In this document: positions 1-9,085 of the stretch, piece by piece | Layout: each line of letters begins with the position of its first letter | Position numbering within the stretch: position 1 is the first letter of the stretch | Source of the DNA: an uncultured virus (IMG/VR IMGVR_UViG_3300009509_000003) | Taxonomy: Duplodnaviria; Heunggongvirae; Uroviricota; Caudoviricetes | DNA: 20,000 nucleotides | Reading direction: 5' to 3' (one strand) | Virus record (IMG/VR): IMGVR_UViG_3300009509_000003 | Made by a program: the position numbers and the translations under genes | Notes under the pieces: model-generated | The model's database searches: none | The model's input: the letters and a program-made list of their open reading frames with translations, nothing else | What the model was told of the DNA's origin: nothing

Positions 1-278
1 ACGGAGAGACCGGTGAAGTCGATCGTGAAATCGCCAGTCTTTCGGATGTGGATCGAATACCCGTCATCCGTCTCGAAGACGAGAACGTGGTCTCCGGTGT
101 CGGGGTCGTCCTCTACCGTGAGTAGGTTGTTCGTCACATTGGCAATGAGTTTGAACCCTCGGTAGATGCCAGGAGACATCGCCGCCGCACCTGTGCGGTT
201 CATGCCCTCGGTGAGGAAAGGTTCTTTGAATTTGACCTTCACCTCAGAGTCAGCAAAAGTGGCAAGCAATGTCGACAT
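1..278 (-). CDS. Probable tail fibre protein, N-terminal part (runs off the window at position 1)
   Basis: Not in the ORF track; translated by hand from ATG at 278: MSTLLATFADSEVKVKFKEPFLTEGMNRTGAAAMSPGIYRGFKLIANVTNNLLTVEDDPDTGDHVLVFETDDGYSIHIRK..., open to the edge. It starts 1 nt after the stop of the upstream gene. EPFLTEGMNR...PGIYRGF resembles, from recall, the EPYLSAALNRK...PGFYAGF segment of the phage P1 fibre S N-terminus. Confidence 0.6.
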   Translation of the reverse strand, partial: MSTLLATFADSEVKVKFKEPFLTEGMNRTGAAAMSPGIYRGFKLIANVTNNLLTVEDDPDTGDHVLVFETDDGYSIHIRKTGDFTIDFTGLS

Positions 279-279
279 A

Positions 280-762
280 TCAGCTCCTATTCGCGTTTAT
301 CTTCACGGTGAAAGTTCGCGACACTCCTGGACTCTTGTCCACTAGCGGAAACGTCCCATAGGCTACCATCTCGCTGGCAGAGTTGAACAGCCCGATCTCG
401 TACAGGTCCAAAGTCGTTGCCGGCGGCTCCAGTGAATCGAGAAAGCACGTCACCTCTAACGTCGTATTCCCCGAGTACGCGAAGTCCGTCCCCGTCAGCG
501 CCTTCGAGTATGTGCCTCTCGACGTGACTGGGTAATCGCTCGGATTCTCGATGCAGTCGAGATCGGTCAGCACAGGACCACGATTGTTCCCAGCTCCGGG
601 GTCTGTAGGGTCTCGAGGAACGTTTCCACCGGGAGTGCTCTCCCAACCACCCTCTCCAACTTTGAACGACGTGATGTCCGTAAGAGTGGTAGTTTGCCCC
701 CACCCCTCCATGAGTCTCTGTCGCCCGATGTCCGTTATCACCGCTACAATATTCGTTGGCAT
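280..762 (-). CDS. Phage tail-collar fibre / fibre-attachment protein (DUF3751-like, P2 gpH N-terminal-like)
   Basis: 160 aa with AVITDIGRQRL, ITSFKVGEGG and LYEIGLFNSASEMVAYGTFPLVDKS motifs typical of this family. Lies directly downstream of a gpI-like wedge gene; SD GAGG upstream. Confidence 0.7.
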   Translation of the reverse strand: MPTNIVAVITDIGRQRLMEGWGQTTTLTDITSFKVGEGGWESTPGGNVPRDPTDPGAGNNRGPVLTDLDCIENPSDYPVTSRGTYSKALTGTDFAYSGNTTLEVTCFLDSLEPPATTLDLYEIGLFNSASEMVAYGTFPLVDKSPGVSRTFTVKINANRS

Positions 763-769
763 CTCTACC

Positions 770-3631
770 TCACGGAGGATCTGGGGCGTCCACCGTCGCC
801 GTCAAATTCAGACTGGCGTTCGACTCCACCCCGTAGTCTTCTATTATTTCTACATGCTTCGGCCTCACCTGAGCAAGCCGCAAGCGAAGGCGATCAAATC
901 CCTTCTCCATCAAGTAGGGCGTGCTCGCCTCGATCAGCACTTTGTTGGACCTGCAATAGCTACAGTCCGACTCTTCCGGGCAGATGTACTCCAATGTCGC
1001 AGTGCCTGTTGCGGGTGCGTTAGTCGCCACCACAGTCGCTCGATACGAAAATATCGCCCATATCAGCGAACCATTATTCGCATCCGGAACCGTCGGGCTG
1101 TCGTAGGGCGCTAAATCCACATTGTTTGCATCGACAAAGGTCTCGATCACGAACATTCGGTTGTTACCCGACCCACTCTCACTGATGATTATTCGTTTTC
1201 CCTCATCAGCCGAAGTGAATGTAGCCGAGGTCGAGGTAAATCTCCGGGTAGCGCTGAGCTGACCGTCCGTGCCGGTGGCGTCCGGATCGAGTATCTCCCA
1301 CTCAATAGAGCCATTATTGGCGTCCGTGGTTAGGAGTTGCGACGAGTCCAATTCTAACGCGCCGCCCGTATACGTGGCGTCTATGAGCCACGCTTTGCTA
1401 TTCGAGGGATCGGCCGTATTCCACGTCACCAGCACCTTTCCAACTTCTGCCGCAGTGAATGTGTGAGTCGCCGACGCGAACACGTTATCGGGAGAACTGA
1501 ATGTCAATTCCCCATCCGATCCACTGTAGTCTCGATGAAGGGTCGGAACGCTCTCGAGGAAGTGACCAATCGACCCGCTATCTGTCAGCTTCCAGAACCC
1601 TCCTCCCAGTCCGATTGCTACCTCGAAATCACCCCTCCCAACGATGGTGTAAGACTGCGGAAACGCCGACGCTCCCGCGGGGTCTACGCTCGTGATGAAG
1701 AGTCGGCCGTCCCCTGTAATCGGCGGCACCTGGGCGGCTCGCCACGCAGCATCCCCAGGACCTATGAGCGTGCTCCACGGGGACGGAGATTGCTCCCAGC
1801 AGTATTTATCTGCAGTGAAGACGGCCGCCGTCTTCAGATAGGTCATCAAATCGGCGTTTATTTCGTCATAGACAGGAAGCGTCGGAACCTGCTCGGAGTA
1901 GAGCCGCACCACATGCCACGTGATCGAGCCGTTATTACCATCTGCAGACCCGGTCATAGCATCCGAGGGCCGAAATTCAACTGTGTTTGCGTCGATAATC
2001 GAAGCAATCGTCCGCATGCCGTCGTTTGTCGATCCAGATGTCCCTGTTACATCGATCTGTCGACCAATATCTCCAATCCAGAACTGTGCGGTCGGAGAGG
2101 AGAACCGAACGAGGCTACCGACGATATTCAGGCTCCCATCTGTGCCGTATCGCCCCTCGCCCGCCTCCCCCACTTTGTAGGTCGTTCCTCCCGCCGCCAC
2201 CGACGATAGGTAGATTTCTAGGTTGACGCGATAAAGACCGGTCGCGCTGGCGGTGAAACCAGTCAGCTCGGCCAGATACTTGTACGCATCCTCGTGACCT
2301 TTGATGCCGGACCATCTAGGGACCGACTCCACCCAGCGGCGCTGCCACTCCTCTTCTTCCCGGTTGTCGATTTCGACGCCAAAATCCTGCGCGAGGAACT
2401 GGATGAGGTTCGGCGCGCGGACTTCCACCTGTGTCTCGTCCCCGATTGTGGTCGCTTCTCTCAGCTCCCAGTGGAAATCCGAAGTGACCGCAGTCGTGAA
2501 CGAGGGCGACACCCCGACCTTTGTAGCGGAAGCCACAGAAGTTACTTCGTAGTCTCCGTTATCCGCATTTCCAGGCTTATGGATCGACAGGAGCTTTCCG
2601 ATGTCGTCATCAGAAAATGCTCCAGAGTCAGCTGTGAACTCAGTCGCGCTCGCCACCACCCCATCTTCATTGCCCTGCTCAGCTGCTCCACGAAGCGTGG
2701 CCGTCCCCTGAAGAACCAACTCCGGGTCTCGTAAAAGAGCCCACACCAGCTCCCCAGTCGCCTCCACAACCAATTCGGTCGAGTCGAGAATGCACTCCGT
2801 CGTGCTCAGAACATCCACGATCTCGAATTTCCCCTGGTTCGTTCCCGGATAGATGGTATTAGAGAGCGTCAACTTCCTTCCAACGTCTCTCGAAGTAAGC
2901 GCGATAGTCGGCGACGAGAACCGGAGCGACGCGTTGATAGAACCGTCCGAACCCTCTCGTAGGGTGAGAAGCTTCCACTCTTCCGAGGCCGGCTTGAACT
3001 GCCGCCGCTCCAAAATGGTGAAGTCCGTATATCCGTCCGAGAGAATCCATCCGGGTGTGATGTCATCAACGTACCCGCCAACAATAGTTATTCGAGTCTC
3101 TGTAACCTTCGAAGCGTCTATCGGTCGCAGCTCCCATCGAAGGGGCCCGCCATCCGGATAGAGCGGGGGATTCGTCAAAAGCTCGGTTGGGCTGATGTAG
3201 TTTGTAACGATCACCGAGGCGTTGTTGGTCTCTGTCGCCGAACCCGAAATCGTCAGCTCTTTCCCAATGTCCGCGTATGTGAAGCGCCCCCTTGGTGCCG
3301 TGAAAACGTTGATCGAGGACACGGTAGCCAGCACACCGCTCTGCTGCACCGGCTCTTTGATCACGCTGATCGTTCCCACACGAATGAAGGCGGTCTCGTC
3401 GTAGCGCGTCCGCACCGCTCTCGGATCTCTGAGATCGGCAAATGCGGCGATCTTGCGTCGAAGGTTCTCGAACGACACTCCCTGTGCTTCGGCATAGAGC
3501 CTGAAGGGGTAGCCTTCGTCGGCGTCTTTCGTTCGATAGACCTCGGGGGCTGTCTCGTAGAGGACTCTGAGAGCCCAGTCGAAGACACCGAAGTCATAGT
3601 CACCGAAAGCTCCTCCACCGAATCCAGGCAC
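770..3631 (-). CDS. Baseplate wedge protein (P2 gpI / Tail_P2_I-like) expanded with six ~75-aa beta-rich repeats
   Basis: 953 aa, GTG start. Carries LYETAPEVYRTKD..GYPFR and LRDP at the N-terminus, LIQFLAQDFG..D..EEEWQRRWV....W..IKGHEDAY..LAELTGF centrally, and LAQVRPKHV near the C-terminus. These match the gpI-like pattern L.WLA...G / R..I......KGT / RPAH. Confidence 0.65.
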   Translation of the reverse strand: MPGFGGGAFGDYDFGVFDWALRVLYETAPEVYRTKDADEGYPFRLYAEAQGVSFENLRRKIAAFADLRDPRAVRTRYDETAFIRVGTISVIKEPVQQSGVLATVSSINVFTAPRGRFTYADIGKELTISGSATETNNASVIVTNYISPTELLTNPPLYPDGGPLRWELRPIDASKVTETRITIVGGYVDDITPGWILSDGYTDFTILERRQFKPASEEWKLLTLREGSDGSINASLRFSSPTIALTSRDVGRKLTLSNTIYPGTNQGKFEIVDVLSTTECILDSTELVVEATGELVWALLRDPELVLQGTATLRGAAEQGNEDGVVASATEFTADSGAFSDDDIGKLLSIHKPGNADNGDYEVTSVASATKVGVSPSFTTAVTSDFHWELREATTIGDETQVEVRAPNLIQFLAQDFGVEIDNREEEEWQRRWVESVPRWSGIKGHEDAYKYLAELTGFTASATGLYRVNLEIYLSSVAAGGTTYKVGEAGEGRYGTDGSLNIVGSLVRFSSPTAQFWIGDIGRQIDVTGTSGSTNDGMRTIASIIDANTVEFRPSDAMTGSADGNNGSITWHVVRLYSEQVPTLPVYDEINADLMTYLKTAAVFTADKYCWEQSPSPWSTLIGPGDAAWRAAQVPPITGDGRLFITSVDPAGASAFPQSYTIVGRGDFEVAIGLGGGFWKLTDSGSIGHFLESVPTLHRDYSGSDGELTFSSPDNVFASATHTFTAAEVGKVLVTWNTADPSNSKAWLIDATYTGGALELDSSQLLTTDANNGSIEWEILDPDATGTDGQLSATRRFTSTSATFTSADEGKRIIISESGSGNNRMFVIETFVDANNVDLAPYDSPTVPDANNGSLIWAIFSYRATVVATNAPATGTATLEYICPEESDCSYCRSNKVLIEASTPYLMEKGFDRLRLRLAQVRPKHVEIIEDYGVESNASLNLTATVDAPDPP

Positions 3632-3645
3632 CGCTCACATCCTCT

Positions 3646-3924
3646 CTATGCCGACTGATACGTTATCATCTCGACGCGATAATTCGTACAGTCCCCGAAC
3701 GATCCCGGTCCAGGGTACGAAGCTCCCGTAGGGTCCGGCTCGTCCGTCACCCAGTATACCCACTCGAGGGTGATGGTGTACCAGGCTTTATTCTGGTATC
3801 TCGCCGTCAGCTCGCCACCGCCCCCATAAGGATCAACCATCTCATAGTCCTGGGCAACAACGGCGTCTCCGTAGTCGATAGGCGTTATCGGGGAGTAATC
3901 CTGTGCTATTAATTCGACCGCCAT
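3646..3924 (-). CDS. Small hypothetical protein (92 aa), probably virion-associated
   Basis: ATG overlaps the upstream TAA (TAATG at 3924). Acidic and aromatic-rich, with AQDY occurring twice. Confidence 0.65.
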   Translation of the reverse strand: MAVELIAQDYSPITPIDYGDAVVAQDYEMVDPYGGGGELTARYQNKAWYTITLEWVYWVTDEPDPTGASYPGPGSFGDCTNYRVEMITYQSA

Positions 3925-4184
3925 TACGACACCCTGTACAAATCGTAGACACCGACCGATCCGCCGTAGTCAAATTGAACAGTCACATACTCCCCAACTT
4001 CCAGTTGCTCGTGGGTGTACGACTCCAACAGAGAGTCATCTACGTGATAGTTCAGCACGTCGTCGAAATAGGCGCTGTTCTCGTCTACCAGCTCTCCGAG
4101 TATTCCCAGAGACGTGATGACTCCCTCTTCGTCCCTCATGGGGCGCCGACCGTGCGTAGGCCTATGCAGAAAAATGAACGTCAT
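3924..4184 (-). CDS. Small acidic hypothetical protein (86 aa)
   Basis: The ORF track gives 3924..4262. The likelier start is ATG at 4184 (MTFIFLHRP), which has GAGGAG upstream and avoids overlap with the 548-aa gene. Confidence 0.65.
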   Translation of the reverse strand: MTFIFLHRPTHGRRPMRDEEGVITSLGILGELVDENSAYFDDVLNYHVDDSLLESYTHEQLEVGEYVTVQFDYGGSVGVYDLYRVS

Positions 4185-4194
4185 CTCAATCTCC

Positions 4195-5841
4195 TCATAC
4201 GCTGACACCCATCCACTTCCACACGAGGCCGTTACACAGATGGAAGTAGCCGTTGCTGTCAAACGTCGCCCACTCCGTCATGTTCGCCCTGGTATAGAAC
4301 AACGCGCTCTCTCGGTCAGCCTCGTACTCCCCATAGGCGTACATCTCGTTGTCGATGTCTCGACAAACCAGCAAAGGTATGATCCATTCATTGGTGCTGA
4401 AGGGGTTTGCCTTGGAGTCCACATCGTCGACAATCGAGACCGGATCGATGTTCAGCACACCAACGGTGCACCTCGACATTCTCTTCCCATCGGCATTCCC
4501 GCAGTGACCATAATAGCCAAATCCAGCGTTCGTGTTGACAAACACACCCTGTTCGCTCCCCGATATCGACGGAGCTAGAACAGCAAATCGTTCCACCTCG
4601 TCATAGTCAGCATCGTCGCTCAAATACCCCATTACAGCATAGGGGTAGAGATACCCTGCCAACTCGTCTATTCGAGCAGCAAAAGCAAAGAAACTCCCAT
4701 CCCCAGCCACCATAGCGTAGAGGCGATGAGTGTAGGTTCCAGTATACGACGGAATCGAAGTGTAGGTGCTCGCTGACTGGTTTATTCCGTAACCACTGAG
4801 GGCCCCACCACCGTTGTAAGGACAGTCGTTCGGAGACGCCATATTGTAGACGATCTTTGCCGTTGTGTACGACCCACAATACAATCTGAAGAAGCACCGC
4901 CATTTTGAAGCGTGCGGAGACTCCATGACGACGCGAGACCCCTCCACAGCATAGGTGTCCTCTGTCATCGTCGCCGCGCTCGAAACCGGAGGAATGAACA
5001 GCCTCCAAGCTAGATCTTGCGACGTGGTATTTGTCAGAGTCTCTGAACCGCCGACCCGTAGGTCGAGGACCGCGTTCGTCCCGTTGAGACTGATGATCTT
5101 ATATACCCCAGAGTTTCCCAAATTGTCAGGGTCATAAATAGCTAGGAATTTGTTCAAGTCTCCGGAATCGAAGTCATAAGCAGCAGACTCGAATTCGTCC
5201 CCATTGACCACATCTCCGTCTGTGCCAGTCTCATAGGCACTGTCCTCCCAGTAGCTCCGATAGGCGTTAGCATCGTCGATGTGAATGAACCCTTGGGTGT
5301 TGTTGTTGTCGAGGATTTTGAAATAGTTGTTCGCGGTCGCAGAGCGTGCGTAGGAGAATTTGTACATCGTCCACACGCCGCCGTTGTCTGGAATCGAGCC
5401 AATGGAGGCGAAACTTCCCCCTCCATTGTCCACCTGGACATCCCACGAAGCCCCCGAATCGTTGGAAGCCCAAAGCAGCACATAAAAAGTGTTGCTCGTC
5501 GTTCCCCACGCTGACCACGCCGAACTTTGCACCCCGTCTCCAGAGGCAGCAGACGTGATTTTTAGGGACTGCGCAGCTTGGTGTTTGGTGGTTTTGTCTT
5601 TTGCGAGAGTTGCTGTTCCGATGGCTGTCCAAGAGGTTGTCCCACTCGCTTCCATATCGCCATCGGAAAGAGAGTCAACGCTACCATAGGAATCTCCTAG
5701 GCCGTTCCCCTCATACAACACTGTCCATCCCATGACGCGCAGGAAGTTGAAGAAGGCGATGAAAGCCTCCCAATATCCGAACTCGTAATTCCCGTGACCA
5801 TTCCGAACGAAGGGCTGAGCATCTCTGACATAGTGCAACAT
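4195..5841 (-). CDS. Tail fibre / adsorption protein with a CBM4/9-like carbohydrate-binding domain and one wedge-type repeat
   Basis: 548 aa, SD GGAG. Residues ~57-195 (DGDME.SGTTSW...HQAAQSLKIT...YVLLWA...WTMYKFSY...FIHIDDA) fit the CBM4/9 galactose-binding-like pattern. They are followed by a GTDG...DLNK...NSGVYKI...W repeat. Confidence 0.55.
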   Translation of the reverse strand: MLHYVRDAQPFVRNGHGNYEFGYWEAFIAFFNFLRVMGWTVLYEGNGLGDSYGSVDSLSDGDMEASGTTSWTAIGTATLAKDKTTKHQAAQSLKITSAASGDGVQSSAWSAWGTTSNTFYVLLWASNDSGASWDVQVDNGGGSFASIGSIPDNGGVWTMYKFSYARSATANNYFKILDNNNTQGFIHIDDANAYRSYWEDSAYETGTDGDVVNGDEFESAAYDFDSGDLNKFLAIYDPDNLGNSGVYKIISLNGTNAVLDLRVGGSETLTNTTSQDLAWRLFIPPVSSAATMTEDTYAVEGSRVVMESPHASKWRCFFRLYCGSYTTAKIVYNMASPNDCPYNGGGALSGYGINQSASTYTSIPSYTGTYTHRLYAMVAGDGSFFAFAARIDELAGYLYPYAVMGYLSDDADYDEVERFAVLAPSISGSEQGVFVNTNAGFGYYGHCGNADGKRMSRCTVGVLNIDPVSIVDDVDSKANPFSTNEWIIPLLVCRDIDNEMYAYGEYEADRESALFYTRANMTEWATFDSNGYFHLCNGLVWKWMGVSV

Positions 5842-5850
5842 GTCGTCTCC

Positions 5851-6963
5851 TTAGTAGATGTGCATCGGGGGGTCATTAGGTCCGTTCATGGGAAAACAGA
5901 TCCCGTTTCCCACGTGACGCCACAATCCAGCGCTCCCGACAGGTCGAAGCACTTCCCAGTATTTGTTGGTAAGCCGAATTGTTCCAACCTTCCCGCGGGG
6001 ATATCCTCCGTTAGCATCTCCATTGTACACCCACGGTTTTTCCAGCTTCGCCTTATGCCCAACACTCCGACAATTTAGATCCATTTGTCGAAAATCCGCA
6101 GACTGATACTCGTTAGAGGCTCTGGACAATCCCGCAAACTTGAAGGCCAGCGCCGCTGGTGTGTGGTCGATCATGTAAACATTGATATCGTTGTAGGTAT
6201 CGGCTGCCACGGTTATCGCTACCCACACATCTTCAAACATGTATCCGGGATAGGTGTCACCAGACGCTGCTCCTTCAAGCTCTCCATAAACAACATACGC
6301 CAAGTTATACGATGGGGTTGACGCGTAGAACACGGCCTCTGGGCCGTCCCCGCTGAAGTAGGCGTTGAGATACCCATCAGTCGCAGTGTACGAAACCTGA
6401 AACGTCGTCGTGTCCGTTCCCACGTTATGCCCTCCAGACATACCGTCTGGATAGCACTGGAGATAGAGATTGTAACCATTCTGTGTATAAAATCGTGGCT
6501 CGTTCGTTCCAGATGGAGGAATCATAGAAAAAGTGTTGTTGTTGGCTATGGGGTCCCCGTTCCCGCTCTCGAAAAGCCTCCCGCTTATTCCAGTCTCCGT
6601 GGTCCACCCGTCTGGGGGTGGATTGCGAACCTCGATCTCGTTGTCGTTCAGGATTTTGAAAATCCGGTAGACACCGCGATTCTCATCATTCGCAGCGAGC
6701 AGCGTAATCAGATAGTTCGTGTTGAGAGCGCTGAATCCTCCCGTAGTCGAGGTGATTCTCGCCGCCGACGATGAGCTGACAGCGCAGTCCGAGAGGGCGA
6801 GCACAATGTTGTTGTCGTATTCGGTCTTGTTGGTAAACGTACCATCGGTCCATCTACCGGCCAGAAACATCTCGCGGATGACTACCAAACTCCTAGACCA
6901 AAATAGGTAGCCAGCCCATCCGGAGTTCCCAACATACAAGTCTCTTATGTGAATCCCTGCCAT
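5851..6963 (-). CDS. Hypothetical virion protein, distant paralogue of the 548-aa protein
   Basis: 370 aa, rich in G/N/T/Y. Contains one wedge-type repeat (NDENRGVYRIFKI) and a C-terminus HVGNGICFPMNG similar to HLCNGLVWKWMG of the 548-aa protein. Confidence 0.6.
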   Translation of the reverse strand: MAGIHIRDLYVGNSGWAGYLFWSRSLVVIREMFLAGRWTDGTFTNKTEYDNNIVLALSDCAVSSSSAARITSTTGGFSALNTNYLITLLAANDENRGVYRIFKILNDNEIEVRNPPPDGWTTETGISGRLFESGNGDPIANNNTFSMIPPSGTNEPRFYTQNGYNLYLQCYPDGMSGGHNVGTDTTTFQVSYTATDGYLNAYFSGDGPEAVFYASTPSYNLAYVVYGELEGAASGDTYPGYMFEDVWVAITVAADTYNDINVYMIDHTPAALAFKFAGLSRASNEYQSADFRQMDLNCRSVGHKAKLEKPWVYNGDANGGYPRGKVGTIRLTNKYWEVLRPVGSAGLWRHVGNGICFPMNGPNDPPMHIY

Positions 6964-6966
6964 CTT

Positions 6967-7839
6967 CTACCTCAGACTTATCCCGGCCGAACCGACATAG
7001 ACCGTGTCGTTCGCCTGTGAGCTTTGATACACCGTCAACTCGTACATTCGGGGCTCGTTCGCGATCTGCCCCGCGGCTGGAGACGCCCCGACCACGATCG
7101 TGTCGTCCTCATTATGCCACACTCCGCTGGCCGAGCGCGTCAAGGTGCTGATGAGCGTCGGCGTCGCGTACACGGGAGGATCGGCCTCGCCTATGTCGTA
7201 GAGCTTGACACTGGCCGATCCGGCCACTCCGAATTGGGGGTTCCACGTCGCTCGGAAGACCGGCGTCCGCTCGCTCAGCTTCGAGCCGTCCAAGACACCA
7301 TACCCCATCGTCTCCTCGATAGGGGTCGCCTGTTGAGTGTAGGAGTAGTTCGTCGCCCAGTCGTACTCCCCGCTCACCCACTGGTTCGCGCCGAGATCGA
7401 TCACGGAAGCCCCACTCGGCATCACCAGACCGTTACGCCAGTAGAGTTTGTCTCCCACGCGCACGACCAGAAGTAGCGCCGTGTCCGTCGACGGAACTTG
7501 ATTCGCCACTACGGGAGTAGCTACGATGTTGTTCGTTGGATATCGAGTGAGGTTCAGATAGAGGAGCTGTCCATCATCGAGAGTCACAGAACCTGCTTCC
7601 GCGCGTATCTGAAATCCAGCGATCATGGAAACAACTCGTATTGGGGCGCTCCACGATAGAGCGCTGCCCGTGGCATTCCAAGAGACCGTCCCACCTCCGG
7701 CGAGTATGAGCTGACGATCTTCGCGATGCGAGTAGGCGGAGAAGTCCACTGCTCCGACAAACGCTTTGAACGCCTCGTACCAGTTCTGCACGTTCTCAGT
7801 CGGGTAGGGCCATTGCATTCGATCACTGTTCGGCATCAC
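6967..7839 (-). CDS. Short fibre/adaptor protein sharing its N-terminal anchor domain with the 729-aa tailspike
   Basis: 290 aa; start is GTG 7839 or ATG 7836, after AGGAG. The first ~150 aa (RMQWPYP.E.VQNWYE.F..FV...REDRQLI..GGG...W...KLYWRNGL) align by eye with 11838..14027. The C-terminal beta domain is different. Confidence 0.7.
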   Translation of the reverse strand: MMPNSDRMQWPYPTENVQNWYEAFKAFVGAVDFSAYSHREDRQLILAGGGTVSWNATGSALSWSAPIRVVSMIAGFQIRAEAGSVTLDDGQLLYLNLTRYPTNNIVATPVVANQVPSTDTALLLVVRVGDKLYWRNGLVMPSGASVIDLGANQWVSGEYDWATNYSYTQQATPIEETMGYGVLDGSKLSERTPVFRATWNPQFGVAGSASVKLYDIGEADPPVYATPTLISTLTRSASGVWHNEDDTIVVGASPAAGQIANEPRMYELTVYQSSQANDTVYVGSAGISLR

Positions 7840-7845
7840 CTTCTC

Positions 7846-9075
7846 CTAGAACAAGAAGTTGTCCGTCTCCAAGAACCTTATGAAATCTACGCCAGCCACT
7901 CCGAGACCTGGCAACGATGTGGAGTCATTTCGCGTAAATATTCCAACATGACCCATGGTATTCGTTAGCGTCACGCTTCCCATATAGATCCAATTTCCGC
8001 CCGCCGTACCCACCCATCCGTGGTAGGTTGTCCCGATTTTGTGCAGAGCGACGTACTCAAGAGCTTGTCCTTGGGCATCGACATCGGTGGCGTAATTATC
8101 AGCAGAACCGCTACCCGCAGCGTAGAACCTAGCATACACATTGCCAGCGACATTGCTGTAGTTCAGATACATGTTTACATAACCAGCCCCAGTTGGTTCC
8201 CCAGATGAGTCTTGGCGAAATCGCAAACCGAGAGTCCGATCATTTATATCCATTGAGGAGTAGTATTGATTGAATTTCAGTCTTGCCATTACTAAAACAT
8301 TTGTAGGAAATGTATAGGTTTTACCAAGAAACAGACCTTCCTGGTCTGTACCCTGCATCAACAACCACGACCTTCGAGATGGCGGGTTTAGAGAGTACCT
8401 AATATCATTTCCAGAATACGACCCATCGTAAGCATCGAGTCCCGTAACTAGAGATTCATAAGCCAGCGTTACATGATTGTAGGCGTACCAACTAGCATCC
8501 AGGCTCGACCCATCGAATTCGTCATCCTCGGAGTTAGCCGTCACTGGTCTCTGCCACAGGTTCGCCACCTCGTAGCCAACGATGTCCCCAACCTCGAGCA
8601 TTTTCTTGGCGTTCGCGGCCTCAGAGTCCTCGATGAGCGCCATGTCCGCCGCGACCACAGCGGTCTTTTCAGTAAGGGGAGAAATCTCTGCCGACACATC
8701 GCTGTGAATGGCAGCCGCGTCTAGAGCCGTTGGAAGTCCGCTGATGGGACTCTTCTTCTTGGCGAAGGAGGCCGCTGCATCTTCGAGCAGAACTACGTCT
8801 GCCGTGGTTGGCGTACCCTTCACCGTCAGCGCGTTGATCTCACCGGCCACGTCATCGTGGATCGCGTTCGGGTCCTCCATCGCTCTCGACCACACTGCGG
8901 CTCCAAGAGTAGCGGTTGTGCATTGGTATAGGGACTCCTTAGAGGAGACCCACGCGATGTCTCCGACCTCCAATGCAGAATCCTGCGTGGTCGCTCCGGA
9001 CACATTAGGGAGATCGCTGGCTGCCGAGAACACGCCCCAGTATTCATGAAACGGTACTGGTGATTTCAGAGCCAT
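7846..9075 (-). CDS. Putative receptor-binding protein, paralogue 3 (AIHD repeats plus ConA/lectin-like C-terminal domain)
   Basis: 409 aa. MALKSP..YWG N-domain, two AIHD modules, then EDDEFDGSSLDASW (start motif typical of GH43-C/DUF1349-type beta-sandwiches), ending GVDFIRFLETDNFLF. Confidence 0.6.
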   Translation of the reverse strand: MALKSPVPFHEYWGVFSAASDLPNVSGATTQDSALEVGDIAWVSSKESLYQCTTATLGAAVWSRAMEDPNAIHDDVAGEINALTVKGTPTTADVVLLEDAAASFAKKKSPISGLPTALDAAAIHSDVSAEISPLTEKTAVVAADMALIEDSEAANAKKMLEVGDIVGYEVANLWQRPVTANSEDDEFDGSSLDASWYAYNHVTLAYESLVTGLDAYDGSYSGNDIRYSLNPPSRRSWLLMQGTDQEGLFLGKTYTFPTNVLVMARLKFNQYYSSMDINDRTLGLRFRQDSSGEPTGAGYVNMYLNYSNVAGNVYARFYAAGSGSADNYATDVDAQGQALEYVALHKIGTTYHGWVGTAGGNWIYMGSVTLTNTMGHVGIFTRNDSTSLPGLGVAGVDFIRFLETDNFLF

Positions 9076-9085
9076 CGTCCCTCAC

